Assembly: GCA_963772455.1 (NCBI GenBank)
Contig: CAVYXJ010000014.1
Coordinates: 1 to 35,578, forward strand
DNA length: 35,578 nt
From: Candidatus Bathyarchaeota archaeon
GTDB taxonomy: Archaea; Thermoproteota; Bathyarchaeia; Bathyarchaeales; Bathycorpusculaceae
Direction of reading: 5' to 3'
Positions 20,878-29,479 of this stretch are shown here, one piece after another. The position numbers were made by a program, and so were the translations under genes. The notes beneath the pieces were generated by a model. The model was not told where the DNA came from. It searched no databases and saw only the letters and a program-made list of their open reading frames with translations. Each line of letters starts with the position of its first letter. Position 1 is the stretch's first letter.

Positions 20878-22989
20878 TTGATTAGGTTGAGTCAGGAAAA
20901 AGCGCTTAAAACTCTTGAAAGTTTAGGGTTTACTCAGTTGGATGCTAAAGTATATGTTTTCTGCGCCAAAAAAGGTCCTCAAAAAGCAGGAGATTTGGTT
21001 AAATGCTTGAAAATCCCCAAACAGTCAATCTACTTTATTATTAGGAATCTGGAAAGTGATGGAATAGTCACTTCTACTGTTGAGCGACCTGCAAGGTTTA
21101 GTGCTGTTCCATTTGAAAAAGTACTTGATCTTTTCGTGAACGGCAAGTTGGAGGAAGCAAAACGAATTCAACGCAATAGAGATGAGATCCTATTGGATTG
21201 GAAATCAATTGCGTTATCTGAAGCCGATGAGGATACTCCTAAATTTGCGGTTCTAAAAGGTAGAAATGCGATTTATTCAAAGATTCAAGAAATGGTTGAG
21301 CGAACCGAGAAACATTTGGTAGCAATGATTACTGTTCCAAACTTGTTGAGAGCTAGTCAACTCGGATTATTAGATGCTATTTTTGCTAAGTCTGAGAAAT
21401 ATGGTGTTCAATTTAGGTTATTGACTGAATTGTCTGAAGAAAAACTGGATAAATTGATAAGCATTATCAAAATGTTACCAAAGAAGAGGAAGGGGCTTGA
21501 AATTCGAGTTCCTGATTTAGGTTTGAAAATTTCCAGTCGAATAATTATTAGAGATGATAGGGAAGCAGTATTTTTTATTGATCGAGGAGATAGTTTTTTA
21601 GACTCTGACAAGAACGAGGTATGTTTATGGACAGACTGTGGATCACTTGTCCACTCATTTGCCGGCGTTTTTGAGGATTTGTGGCTTAACGCGACTGACA
21701 TACAGAAAAGGATTGGTGAAATTGAATCTGGCAAGATGTCTCCAAGAACATTCTTAATCAAGGAGGCGGAAACGGCTCACAAGAAATATGATGAAATCAC
21801 CTCTTCAGCTAAGAAAAGCATCTCTGTGATAACTTCTAGTTTTGGGCTTGTCGAATACTTAAAAAATAGGAATAAATTAGTTGAGTTGGTTCATCGAGGT
21901 GTTACTGTTAAGATCTTAGCACCTGTAACGAACGAGAACCTGGCAACTGCTCACCAACTCTTAAAGATTTGCGAAGTCAAACATGTTCCAACAGACTATG
22001 TTGGAACAACTATTGTTGATGGACAACATCTTTTTCAATTCAAAACCTTGTCATCCGGAAAAGAGACTCTACAGTTGCCATTATATTTTGAAAACACCTT
22101 CTACACAAACGATTCCGAATACGTTGAAAAAACAGAAAATATGTTTAACGATATTTGGAATAATGCTCAGATTCCTTCACTCACTACTCTCAAAGAGCTA
22201 ATAGAAAAGCCCAGTTCCTTAAACAAAAATACTAAAGCAGACATTTTTACTGAGTACAGAAAAGAGTTCATGAAAATAGTTGGATTCCAGTACAAGATGG
22301 AACCTCAACCCAACAAAGTAACGGAAAAAGAGATTCTTGACAAAATCACGAATGCTGTCAGAACTCCAGCCAAAGATCCTGACAAAGACACTATCAAATT
22401 CTATGGTACCTTGGGTATTGCAATTATTTATCCTCCTAAAGATCTCAATTTACCAGCGTTTATGATCCATGTTAACCACTACAACAATAAGTCTTCGTTT
22501 GCAGCTGGGAGTTCTCTTTTTATATATATTCAAACAGCAATTGCAGATCAACAATCCTATCTTCCGGCAGCATTCGTAACGAATAATCGGCAAGGATTCA
22601 ATTTTCGAAAAACCATGCACGCACGTCTTCACAGTAACGAAATTATCAGTTTAATGAAAAAGAACCAACTGAAGGTAAGCATTCAAGGTGAAACTTTGTT
22701 CGCTGGATGGACTGTACCGATTCCATTGCTTCCGCCAAAATACATTCTTCCGCCAGGTTGCCTAACAATTGAAGGATATGGAAAAGTAAGAACTTATATA
22801 AGTGAAGCGAAGGGACCCATGAACAGAAGAATCTCATATGAATTTACATCCAAAGATGCATTTGTATCTTTTACGTATCCTTCTTCAAAGTACAATGGAC
22901 CTGGATCCGATGCGGTGTTACATAGAGATATTATTACGACGTCACGCCCGCCGTCTGCTTGGAAAGAAACAGACATTTCTGCTCATTAA
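20878..22989 (+). CDS. Long TrmB-family regulator: HTH, two PLD-like effector domains and an unknown C-terminal domain
   Basis: LGFTQLDAKVY...PARFSAVPFE wHTH. Two effector-domain copies end in FEDLWLNA and FNDIWNNA, followed by ~260 extra aa. Confidence 0.85.
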   Translation: MIRLSQEKALKTLESLGFTQLDAKVYVFCAKKGPQKAGDLVKCLKIPKQSIYFIIRNLESDGIVTSTVERPARFSAVPFEKVLDLFVNGKLEEAKRIQRNRDEILLDWKSIALSEADEDTPKFAVLKGRNAIYSKIQEMVERTEKHLVAMITVPNLLRASQLGLLDAIFAKSEKYGVQFRLLTELSEEKLDKLISIIKMLPKKRKGLEIRVPDLGLKISSRIIIRDDREAVFFIDRGDSFLDSDKNEVCLWTDCGSLVHSFAGVFEDLWLNATDIQKRIGEIESGKMSPRTFLIKEAETAHKKYDEITSSAKKSISVITSSFGLVEYLKNRNKLVELVHRGVTVKILAPVTNENLATAHQLLKICEVKHVPTDYVGTTIVDGQHLFQFKTLSSGKETLQLPLYFENTFYTNDSEYVEKTENMFNDIWNNAQIPSLTTLKELIEKPSSLNKNTKADIFTEYRKEFMKIVGFQYKMEPQPNKVTEKEILDKITNAVRTPAKDPDKDTIKFYGTLGIAIIYPPKDLNLPAFMIHVNHYNNKSSFAAGSSLFIYIQTAIADQQSYLPAAFVTNNRQGFNFRKTMHARLHSNEIISLMKKNQLKVSIQGETLFAGWTVPIPLLPPKYILPPGCLTIEGYGKVRTYISEAKGPMNRRISYEFTSKDAFVSFTYPSSKYNGPGSDAVLHRDIITTSRPPSAWKETDISAH

Positions 22990-23086
22990 GTGTCTTTCCA
23001 TTTGACCAATAAATTTGTAAAAAAACCCTGTAAAATATTGTTTTATCTAAGTTATATATAGCTAAAAGTTAGTAATTTATATTGGT

Positions 23087-23671
23087 TTGACTGTGAATAC
23101 CAAAGCAATCACATTAATTATTGCTTTTACAGCTCTTACTATTGCCTTGGATCCTATTAGGGTTCCATCAGTAATTCTACCCGGAGTCTACTTTAGATTC
23201 TGTGAAATAATAATAGTTGTAGCTTTCCTGCTTCTTGGGCCAGCAATCGCCATTTCGATAGCGGGTTTAAACACCTTGGTTGAAATAATTCTTTTTCCAG
23301 GACCCACGGTTCTTGTTGGTCGACCGCTTGTTTTTTTGCTGACTCTTAGTATGCTATTTGGCATCTATTTAGCTGGCAAACTCTTGAAGCGCAAAGGGCT
23401 GCAGAACCAAAATCATAAACTAAAACCAGTCATCTATTATGCTGCACTTGGAGCTTTGTTTAGAGCGGCAGTTGCGCCATTGTTAAACTATCCAATGTGG
23501 CGTTTTGTCATACCCGCTCTCGCAGGTGTGCCTCTTTCCTTTGAGCAAGTAATGGCACTAATGCCTGCCTTCATGCTTTATGCCATTATATTTTGCCTTT
23601 ACACAATACCCATCGGTTATTTACTGGCTGGAGTTGTTAGTAGAAGCCTTAAAATCGGAAAAATTTCATAA
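23087..23671 (+). CDS. ECF transporter S-component-like membrane protein
   Basis: NTKAITLIIAFTALTIAL (AxxxA-type helix 1), EIIIVVAFLLLGP, about 5-6 TM helices. Confidence 0.75.
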   Translation: MTVNTKAITLIIAFTALTIALDPIRVPSVILPGVYFRFCEIIIVVAFLLLGPAIAISIAGLNTLVEIILFPGPTVLVGRPLVFLLTLSMLFGIYLAGKLLKRKGLQNQNHKLKPVIYYAALGALFRAAVAPLLNYPMWRFVIPALAGVPLSFEQVMALMPAFMLYAIIFCLYTIPIGYLLAGVVSRSLKIGKIS

Positions 23672-23848
23672 TGCTTTGAAGGCAGAGATCATTTAACGAT
23701 TTACGACTATGTCAGTATAACGAATTACTATGTTTTTGGTCACGCATTGTTCAAAGGAACTGGAGCGTTTGAGGGACAGACATTAAATGTTGGAGTAGAT
23801 AGAGGATTTATGAGCTTACAATGGGAAGGCTATCTGTTGAAACCATGA
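23672..23848 (+). pseudogene. 3' remnant of an unidentified protein gene
   Basis: 58 stop-free codons lacking an N-terminal start: CFEGRDHLTIYDY...FKGTGAFEGQTLNVG...WEGYLLKP*. A hairpin/oligo-T follows. Confidence 0.5.
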
Positions 23849-23901
23849 GGTCAAATGGAAATGAGGGAGTAAACCACCCTCTCCTTTTTTGTTTGTATGA
23901 G

Positions 23902-23990
23902 TTTGTTTTAAGGTTTTGGAGATTTTTTGATTCTGCTTTTGAAGACAACCGCTACTGTCGGAGTGGAAGTTGATTGTGTGGGAAGTGTTA
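23902..23990 (-). pseudogene. 3' remnant of a paralog of the 857-aa surface protein
   Basis: 23902-23955 matches 14171-14224 at 50/54 nt. It translates to ...PTQSTSTPTVAVVFKSRIKKSPKP*. Confidence 0.8.
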
Positions 23991-24036
23991 AACGCTGTGC
24001 CACGCTTTCTCTGCTCGAGAAAAATTGCAGTATCCC

Positions 24037-24059
24037 GTGGGTTAATAAGTGGGTTAATA
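24037..24059 (+). promoter_or_regulatory. Tandem 11-bp direct repeat over the TA promoter (putative operator)
   Basis: gtgggttaata at 24037-24047 and 24049-24059, overlapping a ttaataa TATA-like box. Confidence 0.45.
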
Positions 24060-24084
24060 CTACTTTTACCACCGTTGATGTGAT

Positions 24085-24333
24085 GTGACCGCTGAGCTTA
24101 AAGCAGTGAAAATTAGCAAAGAAACATATTCCGAATTAAGTGCTATCGCAGGCGAATTACAGATTAAAAGAAAACGACCCGTATCGATGGATGAAGCGAT
24201 GAAATATCTGATACGGCGAAGTAGAAAAGGAAAAAAGATTTCGGATTTAGCGGGTTCATGGATTATGAGTGACTCTGAAGCAGAAGAAATCAAGACTTCA
24301 ATTGCCAAGGCATGGGAAACATGGAAACCTTAA
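24085..24333 (+). CDS. vapB: VapB-type antitoxin (RHH-like N-terminus)
   Basis: KAVKISKETYSEL...SMDEAMKYLI...LAGSW...EAEEI; overlaps the downstream PIN gene. Confidence 0.75.
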   Translation: MTAELKAVKISKETYSELSAIAGELQIKRKRPVSMDEAMKYLIRRSRKGKKISDLAGSWIMSDSEAEEIKTSIAKAWETWKP

Positions 24334-24728
24334 AAACAGTAATTGATACCGACCTCTTAATTGATCTGCTAAGAAATCAGAAACGAGCAACAGCCTTCGT
24401 TGCCAAGCTGGAGGAAAAAAACTATGTTTTGGCAACTACCACAATTAATATTTTTGAACTCCATCATGGCGCGCATAAATCTCAGGAAAGCGAAAAAAAT
24501 CTTCAAGCAATCCACATACTCACAAGCAGGTTAATTATTCTTCCGTTTACTTCAAAAGCTGCTCAAAAAGCAGGCCACATATACGCACAATTAGAGCGTC
24601 AAGGGCAACCGATTGGACTAAGAGACACTCTTGTTTCTGCCATCGCTCTAACGCTGGAATACAGTGTCGCCACACGCAACAAAGCGCACTTTAGCAGGAT
24701 TTCTGAATTAGAAGTCATTACACCCTAA
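24312..24728 (+). CDS. vapC: PIN-domain VapC toxin
   Basis: IDTDLLID, FEL, DTLVSAIAL and TRNKAHF PIN motifs. Confidence 0.92.
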   Translation: MGNMETLKTVIDTDLLIDLLRNQKRATAFVAKLEEKNYVLATTTINIFELHHGAHKSQESEKNLQAIHILTSRLIILPFTSKAAQKAGHIYAQLERQGQPIGLRDTLVSAIALTLEYSVATRNKAHFSRISELEVITP

Positions 24729-25048
24729 AACCTAATCGCTGATTTTATCATTCGTTTAAGGATGAAGAATTAACTTTCAGATCTAGGAGAGATTGATTTT
24801 TCCTCTATTTCCGTCATTTAGTTATTGGTTTGATTTTTCAGAAAGCATCTATTCACAAATGTTTACTCTTAGATAGGGAAATTGGTTTGAAGACTGATTC
24901 TTTCCATAATGCCTTTACTGACAAATGGGCTTTTAGAATTAAAAAAATAATCTTTTTTGCGTTGACAGTTTAGAATTCCAGATCTTGCAAAATATCACAA
25001 AAATCCATGTAAGAACTGAAAACCCCGACCCATGAGTATAGAAGCATC

Positions 25049-25309
25049 ATGGCTTACTATCTTGCTGGTGCACAAAGAGCAAAGGTGTTTTGTTTGAGTT
25101 ATGATAAGTATTATCTTGATAGCTACCACGAATATAACAACGTGGAATATGCTTCCCTAAAATTTCTTAAGGTTCATTTCAACCTCACTGGGGAACAAGT
25201 GAAGGTAATTCGCGATAAGGTTAGATGTAGGATTTTTCACGATGGCGAAATGAAGTCTGTTACGTGTTATGCTGTTGATGATGTAAAGAGACTTTTTCAA
25301 TTTAATTAA
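25049..25309 (+). CDS. Hypothetical protein
   Basis: 86-aa ORF with ATG and plausible composition; no motif recognised. Confidence 0.45.
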   Translation: MAYYLAGAQRAKVFCLSYDKYYLDSYHEYNNVEYASLKFLKVHFNLTGEQVKVIRDKVRCRIFHDGEMKSVTCYAVDDVKRLFQFN

Positions 25310-25583
25310 AGAGTGTTTTGTTTTTCGAGAGTTAATTTCGCATAGGCGCCAGTCTAATTTGTCTTTTACTTTGCAGATTATGTAGGTGTTTATGCCAAAA
25401 TCAAAGGTCAGTCTGCACAGAGATTTTGCATGTAACGCCAATTCTTCAAGAGTGTATTCTGTTCCCGATCAAGTCATACAATATCTGGAGGTTTGTTTTG
25501 CTCTCTTCTTTCAAGCTTACTCCTATTTAGAAAAATCTGCCAGATCTACTTCACTTACAATTATTTTCTTTATTTTGGGTCCA

Positions 25584-26060
25584 TTAGAAGTGGTCGATCA
25601 TGAAATTCTTCAAAGACTTGTGGCCGTTTAGGAAGGACACGATCTTTGTGGTGAGTTTCACTATTTGGTTATCAAACAATCTCGATATTACAAGAGGTAG
25701 GACAAATCCTCCTATTCCCAACACTACTCCTAAGGTAAGGTTTATTGAGCCAAAATACAAAAGGAAAATAACTGTTATCCCGGCGCTGATCAACCCCATG
25801 ATGAATGATCTGACTACGAAGTATAGTCTTTGCGTCCAAGTAGTGAGCACCAGTTCCTGCACTAATGCTCTTTTTCCACTGTCGCGTTCAGATTTAGTTG
25901 AAGCTTTATCCATAAGATCTAAAAGCTTCTTTGCTTCACCAACGTTCGTTAAATGCAAAGTTCTTGAAGTATAGTCTGAACCCTTTTCAAGACCGTCCAT
26001 TATTTTTTGAGTAATTTCATCTAATTCCTTATTAATAGCTGCTTTCTTCTTTTCCGCCAT
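25584..26060 (-). CDS. Hypothetical membrane protein (2 TM)
   Basis: Charged N-terminal half followed by two hydrophobic helices. ATG 26060 (MAEKKK) is preferred. Confidence 0.7.
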   Translation of the reverse strand: MAEKKKAAINKELDEITQKIMDGLEKGSDYTSRTLHLTNVGEAKKLLDLMDKASTKSERDSGKRALVQELVLTTWTQRLYFVVRSFIMGLISAGITVIFLLYFGSINLTLGVVLGIGGFVLPLVISRLFDNQIVKLTTKIVSFLNGHKSLKNFMIDHF

Positions 26061-26318
26061 AAAAAAAACCAACCTTGCAGTTGAAAATATCTGCTTTTAC
26101 TATTTTTCTCTAACTAATTTTTTTTCTTTCACCGCGGTTGCGCCACCTTGTCGGCAAATAAAGAAAGAAGGATTTAACGCAGTGGTTTCTCACCCTAAGA
26201 CTAAGTTTATTGTGGAAGTTAAAATCAAAAGCGAATGCTTGGTTTTCTTTTAAATTAATTGTGGTGAGAAAATATGGCTGGTGTGGGTTTACTTTTACTG
26301 ACTCTTTTTTAGCTTAAT

Positions 26319-26438
26319 TTATATCAGGTTAAAAAGGAATCTTAAAGCAACGATGAGAACTATTACTAATACTACTACTATGATAGCATACCAGAGCCAT
26401 CCAGCTAAACCAGCTTTGATATTACGGAAAAATTTCAT
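26319..26438 (-). CDS. Unannotated 39-aa single-TM small protein
   Basis: GGTGA RBS 7 nt before ATG. MKFFRNIKAGLAGWLWYAIIVVVLVIVLIVALRFLFNLI*. Confidence 0.6.
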   Translation of the reverse strand: MKFFRNIKAGLAGWLWYAIIVVVLVIVLIVALRFLFNLI

Positions 26439-26622
26439 TGGCTAATCACCTCTTGTATACCTGATTTATTGTCTTTTTTTGTACTTAACGATTTGTGATT
26501 GTAGAACCACAGCTACAAGCGCTTGCTGGCATTGAGTGACAAACAGGCATTGAATGACAGGCGTTAGGCAGGCACGTGGACGCGGGTGAGAGTACGTCGT
26601 CTTAGATGTTCCTTTAAAAGAG

Positions 26623-26664
26623 AGATCAAAATTTGATCCTGTATTGTGCATTAAATTTTAGTGC
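26623..26664 (+). repeat. Two adjacent variants of the 17-bp palindrome
   Basis: agatcaaa-a-tttgatcc (26623-26639) and gcattaaa-t-tttagtgc (26648-26664). Confidence 0.6.
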
Positions 26665-26773
26665 TATAGTCGGAATCGAGTATAAGTGACTTACAATCTT
26701 ATAATAATAGAAAAAACTCTTAACCTAATTCGCTGAAATAGTTTTTACCCAAAATTGATATGAGGCTGTTCAA

Positions 26774-27361
26774 TTGACTAAGTTGAATCTTCGAGAGGAA
26801 CAATTGAAAAAGATAAGACAACTCACGAAAATTGGAGCAGACAACACATACCAATTCTTAGGTTATACCCTTAATTTGGAAACAAAGCAATTTCAGGACT
26901 ATCTTGAGAAGGGCACTGTGAATAACGATTGGGAGATCCAAAATATGACTGCTCTATTAGCTCATTATTCTTTAGCTAACGAGACTACAAAGACAAGTAA
27001 GTTGGTGAAGTTTAAGGATCTGCCAGGAGGATACGCTTACGAACATGCATTTAAACAAAGAGCGGTTGATCCGATTGCACAAACTTTTGGCAGTAACCCG
27101 GCTGAACTCGCGGAAGCTGCAAAGATATTTGGTGGAAAAAGGGTGAATTACGGTGATATGTCTGTAGAGATTCCTGCTTTAGAGGGAATACCTATAGTGT
27201 ACATACTTTGGGCAACATCAGAGTTTCCAGCATCGGCAAATTTACTCTTCGACGAATCGGCAAGTTGTTTTTTGGATACTGAAGCCCTTTCGAGTTTAGG
27301 TGAACTTTCAACGCATCGACTTTTAAAAGCTCAGTTAATTCTAAAGGAAAAGAAATTCTGA
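26774..27361 (+). CDS. DUF3786-like protein
   Basis: FKDLPGGYAY..AF and IPIVYILW...EFPASANLLFD motifs. Confidence 0.8.
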   Translation: MTKLNLREEQLKKIRQLTKIGADNTYQFLGYTLNLETKQFQDYLEKGTVNNDWEIQNMTALLAHYSLANETTKTSKLVKFKDLPGGYAYEHAFKQRAVDPIAQTFGSNPAELAEAAKIFGGKRVNYGDMSVEIPALEGIPIVYILWATSEFPASANLLFDESASCFLDTEALSSLGELSTHRLLKAQLILKEKKF

Positions 27362-27371
27362 AATTATCGTC

Positions 27372-27400
27372 GGGTGGAATAAATTTTGATCCATCCAACC
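27372..27400 (+). repeat. 17-bp palindrome copy with extended arms
   Basis: gggt-ggaataaa-t-tttgatcc-atccaacc, 10 nt after the DUF3786 stop. Confidence 0.75.
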
Positions 27401-27613
27401 GATCAAAAATCTCCACATGAGCTAAGCGAGCTTTCCACTGTTACATACTGCAGTAATTTTTTTGATTTAAGTTTAATTAAAAAAAGTACCTCGACTATTC
27501 CTGATAAATAACTTGTTGTGTGATTGCGAAGGGGCAACCACAACAACTTAAATCGCACTGCTATCTAAGTAAAATCTAATTATTTTATCTTCATTAGATG
27601 GAGGTGAAAATTT

Positions 27614-27877
27614 ATGATTTTTGTGAGTCTGGGTAAAATGAGAAAGAAGCCTGACAAAGCAATGGCGGGGAACGCGACCGAAAAGGTAGAAGAGTTCAAG
27701 AAAAAAGGAATAAACATTCTCAATTGGTATTGGACGTTAGGGCGATATGATACAGTCGTTGTATTCGAAGCAGCAAACGAAAAAGAAGCATTAAAATTCT
27801 CCTTAGGTGTTGCGGAGTTCGTAGCTACAGAGACCTTGGTTGCCATTCCCAGGCAAGAAGCCGTAGAGCTTCTTTGA
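27614..27877 (+). CDS. GYD-domain protein
   Basis: GGAGGTGA RBS; YWTLGRYDTVVVFEA and TETLVA signatures. Confidence 0.88.
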   Translation: MIFVSLGKMRKKPDKAMAGNATEKVEEFKKKGINILNWYWTLGRYDTVVVFEAANEKEALKFSLGVAEFVATETLVAIPRQEAVELL

Positions 27878-27957
27878 GATAAATCGTTATCTCGTGCGAT
27901 GTTTATGGAACAATAGTTCATCCCTTTCTTAATTAAAATTTTTTCCCACACGTGCCT

Positions 27958-28221
27958 TTAGATAAAACCGTTTTGTTTGCACGATTTCTCAACTTCTATG
28001 AATATTATGTTATCAGCATAGTTTTGGCGAAACTTGTCAAGTACGTCTCGGAGATCTTCTTTGCTTATCCCGCTAATTCTTATTTTTTCAACTAGCCACA
28101 CTAAGACCATATGTCCGTTTAAAAGACGGTTAATAGCGAATTCTACATTCTCTTTCATGCTTTCTTTGTCAGATTTCACCTTATCCAAAACAACACACCT
28201 TGACAAACAATCAATAAACAA
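27958..28221 (-). CDS. Hypothetical protein (start uncertain, possibly ATG 28158)
   Basis: Helical, charged ORF; no motif recognised. Confidence 0.5.
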   Translation of the reverse strand: MFIDCLSRCVVLDKVKSDKESMKENVEFAINRLLNGHMVLVWLVEKIRISGISKEDLRDVLDKFRQNYADNIIFIEVEKSCKQNGFI

Positions 28222-28252
28222 ACTACTAATTCGTTAGGATTTGTTCTTTAGG

Positions 28253-28353
28253 GGATTAAAATTTAATCCAACCAACCAACTACTTCACGCTTAGCAAATA
28301 AGGCATCCTTAATAGTAGACATGGTTTAGCATACATAGTAACATAAGCATACT
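28253..28353 (+). repeat. Palindrome plus type-A extension
   Basis: Perfect ggattaaa-a-tttaatcc, then aaccaaccaactacttcacgcttagca...aaggcatcctt...agtagacatggtttagcatacatag. Confidence 0.9.
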
Positions 28354-28469
28354 AAATCGGAATTGAGTATAGGGACCTTTTAAACTAACGTTTTATCACA
28401 AGTGATTTAAGCTAAGAACAATAAACTGCTATTTATTGTGTTTCAGTTTTTGAGGAGGAAGTCAGTTAA

Positions 28470-28709
28470 ATGAAAAATACCTTGATAATCCTTGGAGCTC
28501 TGTTATCCCTCATAATATCAAGCGTAATCCTTCTAATCTATCTCTGGACTCAGGTGCCCATGGGCTTGCCGTTGGCTCTTCTGCCATGGGCTTTGGTCTT
28601 TGTAATCTTCGCTTTTGTCGGTTGCTTTATTTGGCTGGCTAACGGGTTGCGACGAAAGAAGAAAGCTGAAACTCCTCAGCTACATACGAAAAGTCAAATG
28701 AAGGGATGA
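28470..28709 (+). CDS. Small 2-TM hypothetical membrane protein
   Basis: GAGGAGG RBS, two hydrophobic helices, RRKKK stop-transfer. Confidence 0.7.
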   Translation: MKNTLIILGALLSLIISSVILLIYLWTQVPMGLPLALLPWALVFVIFAFVGCFIWLANGLRRKKKAETPQLHTKSQMKG

Positions 28710-28848
28710 GGGCATCCTTTCTTTATTCTTTGTATTAGAACCTGCAAAAGGCGATCGAACTTTTTTCTAAGTAGTTTTTTAATTAACTTCGTGGATTATG
28801 CTCTTTAGAGTTTGAATTGTAACTCAGAAAGTCAGAATTAGTGCGGCG

Positions 28849-28948
28849 AATTTAAATTTTAATCCAACCAACCAATTCAACGTACCGCAGGTACACGTAA
28901 AAAAGCTCTATTCAGCGTAGACACGGTTCGGCATACATAGAGCATACT
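28849..28948 (+). repeat. Palindrome plus type-B extension with A-like tail
   Basis: aatttaaa-t-tttaatcc-aaccaaccaattcaacgtaccgcaggtacacgtaaaaaagctct...gtagacacggttcggcatacatag. Confidence 0.9.
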
Positions 28949-29007
28949 CAAGCTTGAGAGTGAATTGAAAATGGATAGCTAATTCGAAATTATTGGAGAC
29001 AAAAGTC

Positions 29008-29385
29008 TTAGATTATCTCCTTGACTTCGATGTGTTCCTTGTCGTCGTGGACTTTGTTCGTTCTTATGTCGAGCCAGCAATGGAATATGTCTTCGTTGTG
29101 CAATCTGTGGCTATGAGGTTCAGGTTGAACGTGGGATTTTATCATGCTAAAGCATACATCGGAAATTATCACCTTAAAGTTTCCGTTCGGTAGAACTTGA
29201 ACGGTTACGTGGCTTTCGTCCGTTGGCAAGTTTCCGTAGGTGCCTTTGTTTTCGATGCTGAGTTCTCGTTCTAGCCAGAGCTCTAAGAGTTGGGTGTTTG
29301 GTCGTTTTGGTTTTTTTATTTCTTTGTTGATGAGGTCTAGGTACTGTGGGGGGATTGTTAACTCGAATGTTTTCACGTTAAGCAC
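29008..29385 (-). CDS. Hypothetical protein with His-rich C-terminus
   Basis: 125-aa ORF with GTG start; SHVQPEPHSHRLHNEDIFHC...VHDDKEH. Confidence 0.6.
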   Translation of the reverse strand: MLNVKTFELTIPPQYLDLINKEIKKPKRPNTQLLELWLERELSIENKGTYGNLPTDESHVTVQVLPNGNFKVIISDVCFSMIKSHVQPEPHSHRLHNEDIFHCWLDIRTNKVHDDKEHIEVKEII

Positions 29386-29479
29386 CTGTTTTATTAGAAA
29401 CTGACAAATGTGGTATAAATACAGATTGGAGAAGCTTTCTGATGGCGAGTTGGATGGTGGTTATTGGTGTGTGCACAGG

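Noticed and set aside
20878-22989. Active phospholipase D/nuclease defence protein
   Set aside because: The PLD-like segments lack HxK(x4)D catalytic motifs, consistent with TrmB effector domains.
25157-25631. Overlapping ORFs 25157- and 25386+, possibly a frameshifted minus-strand gene
   Set aside because: No motif to decide between frames, and they overlap better-supported genes.
26466-26651. 61-aa minus-strand ORF
   Set aside because: It overlaps the palindromic sites and has no RBS or motif.
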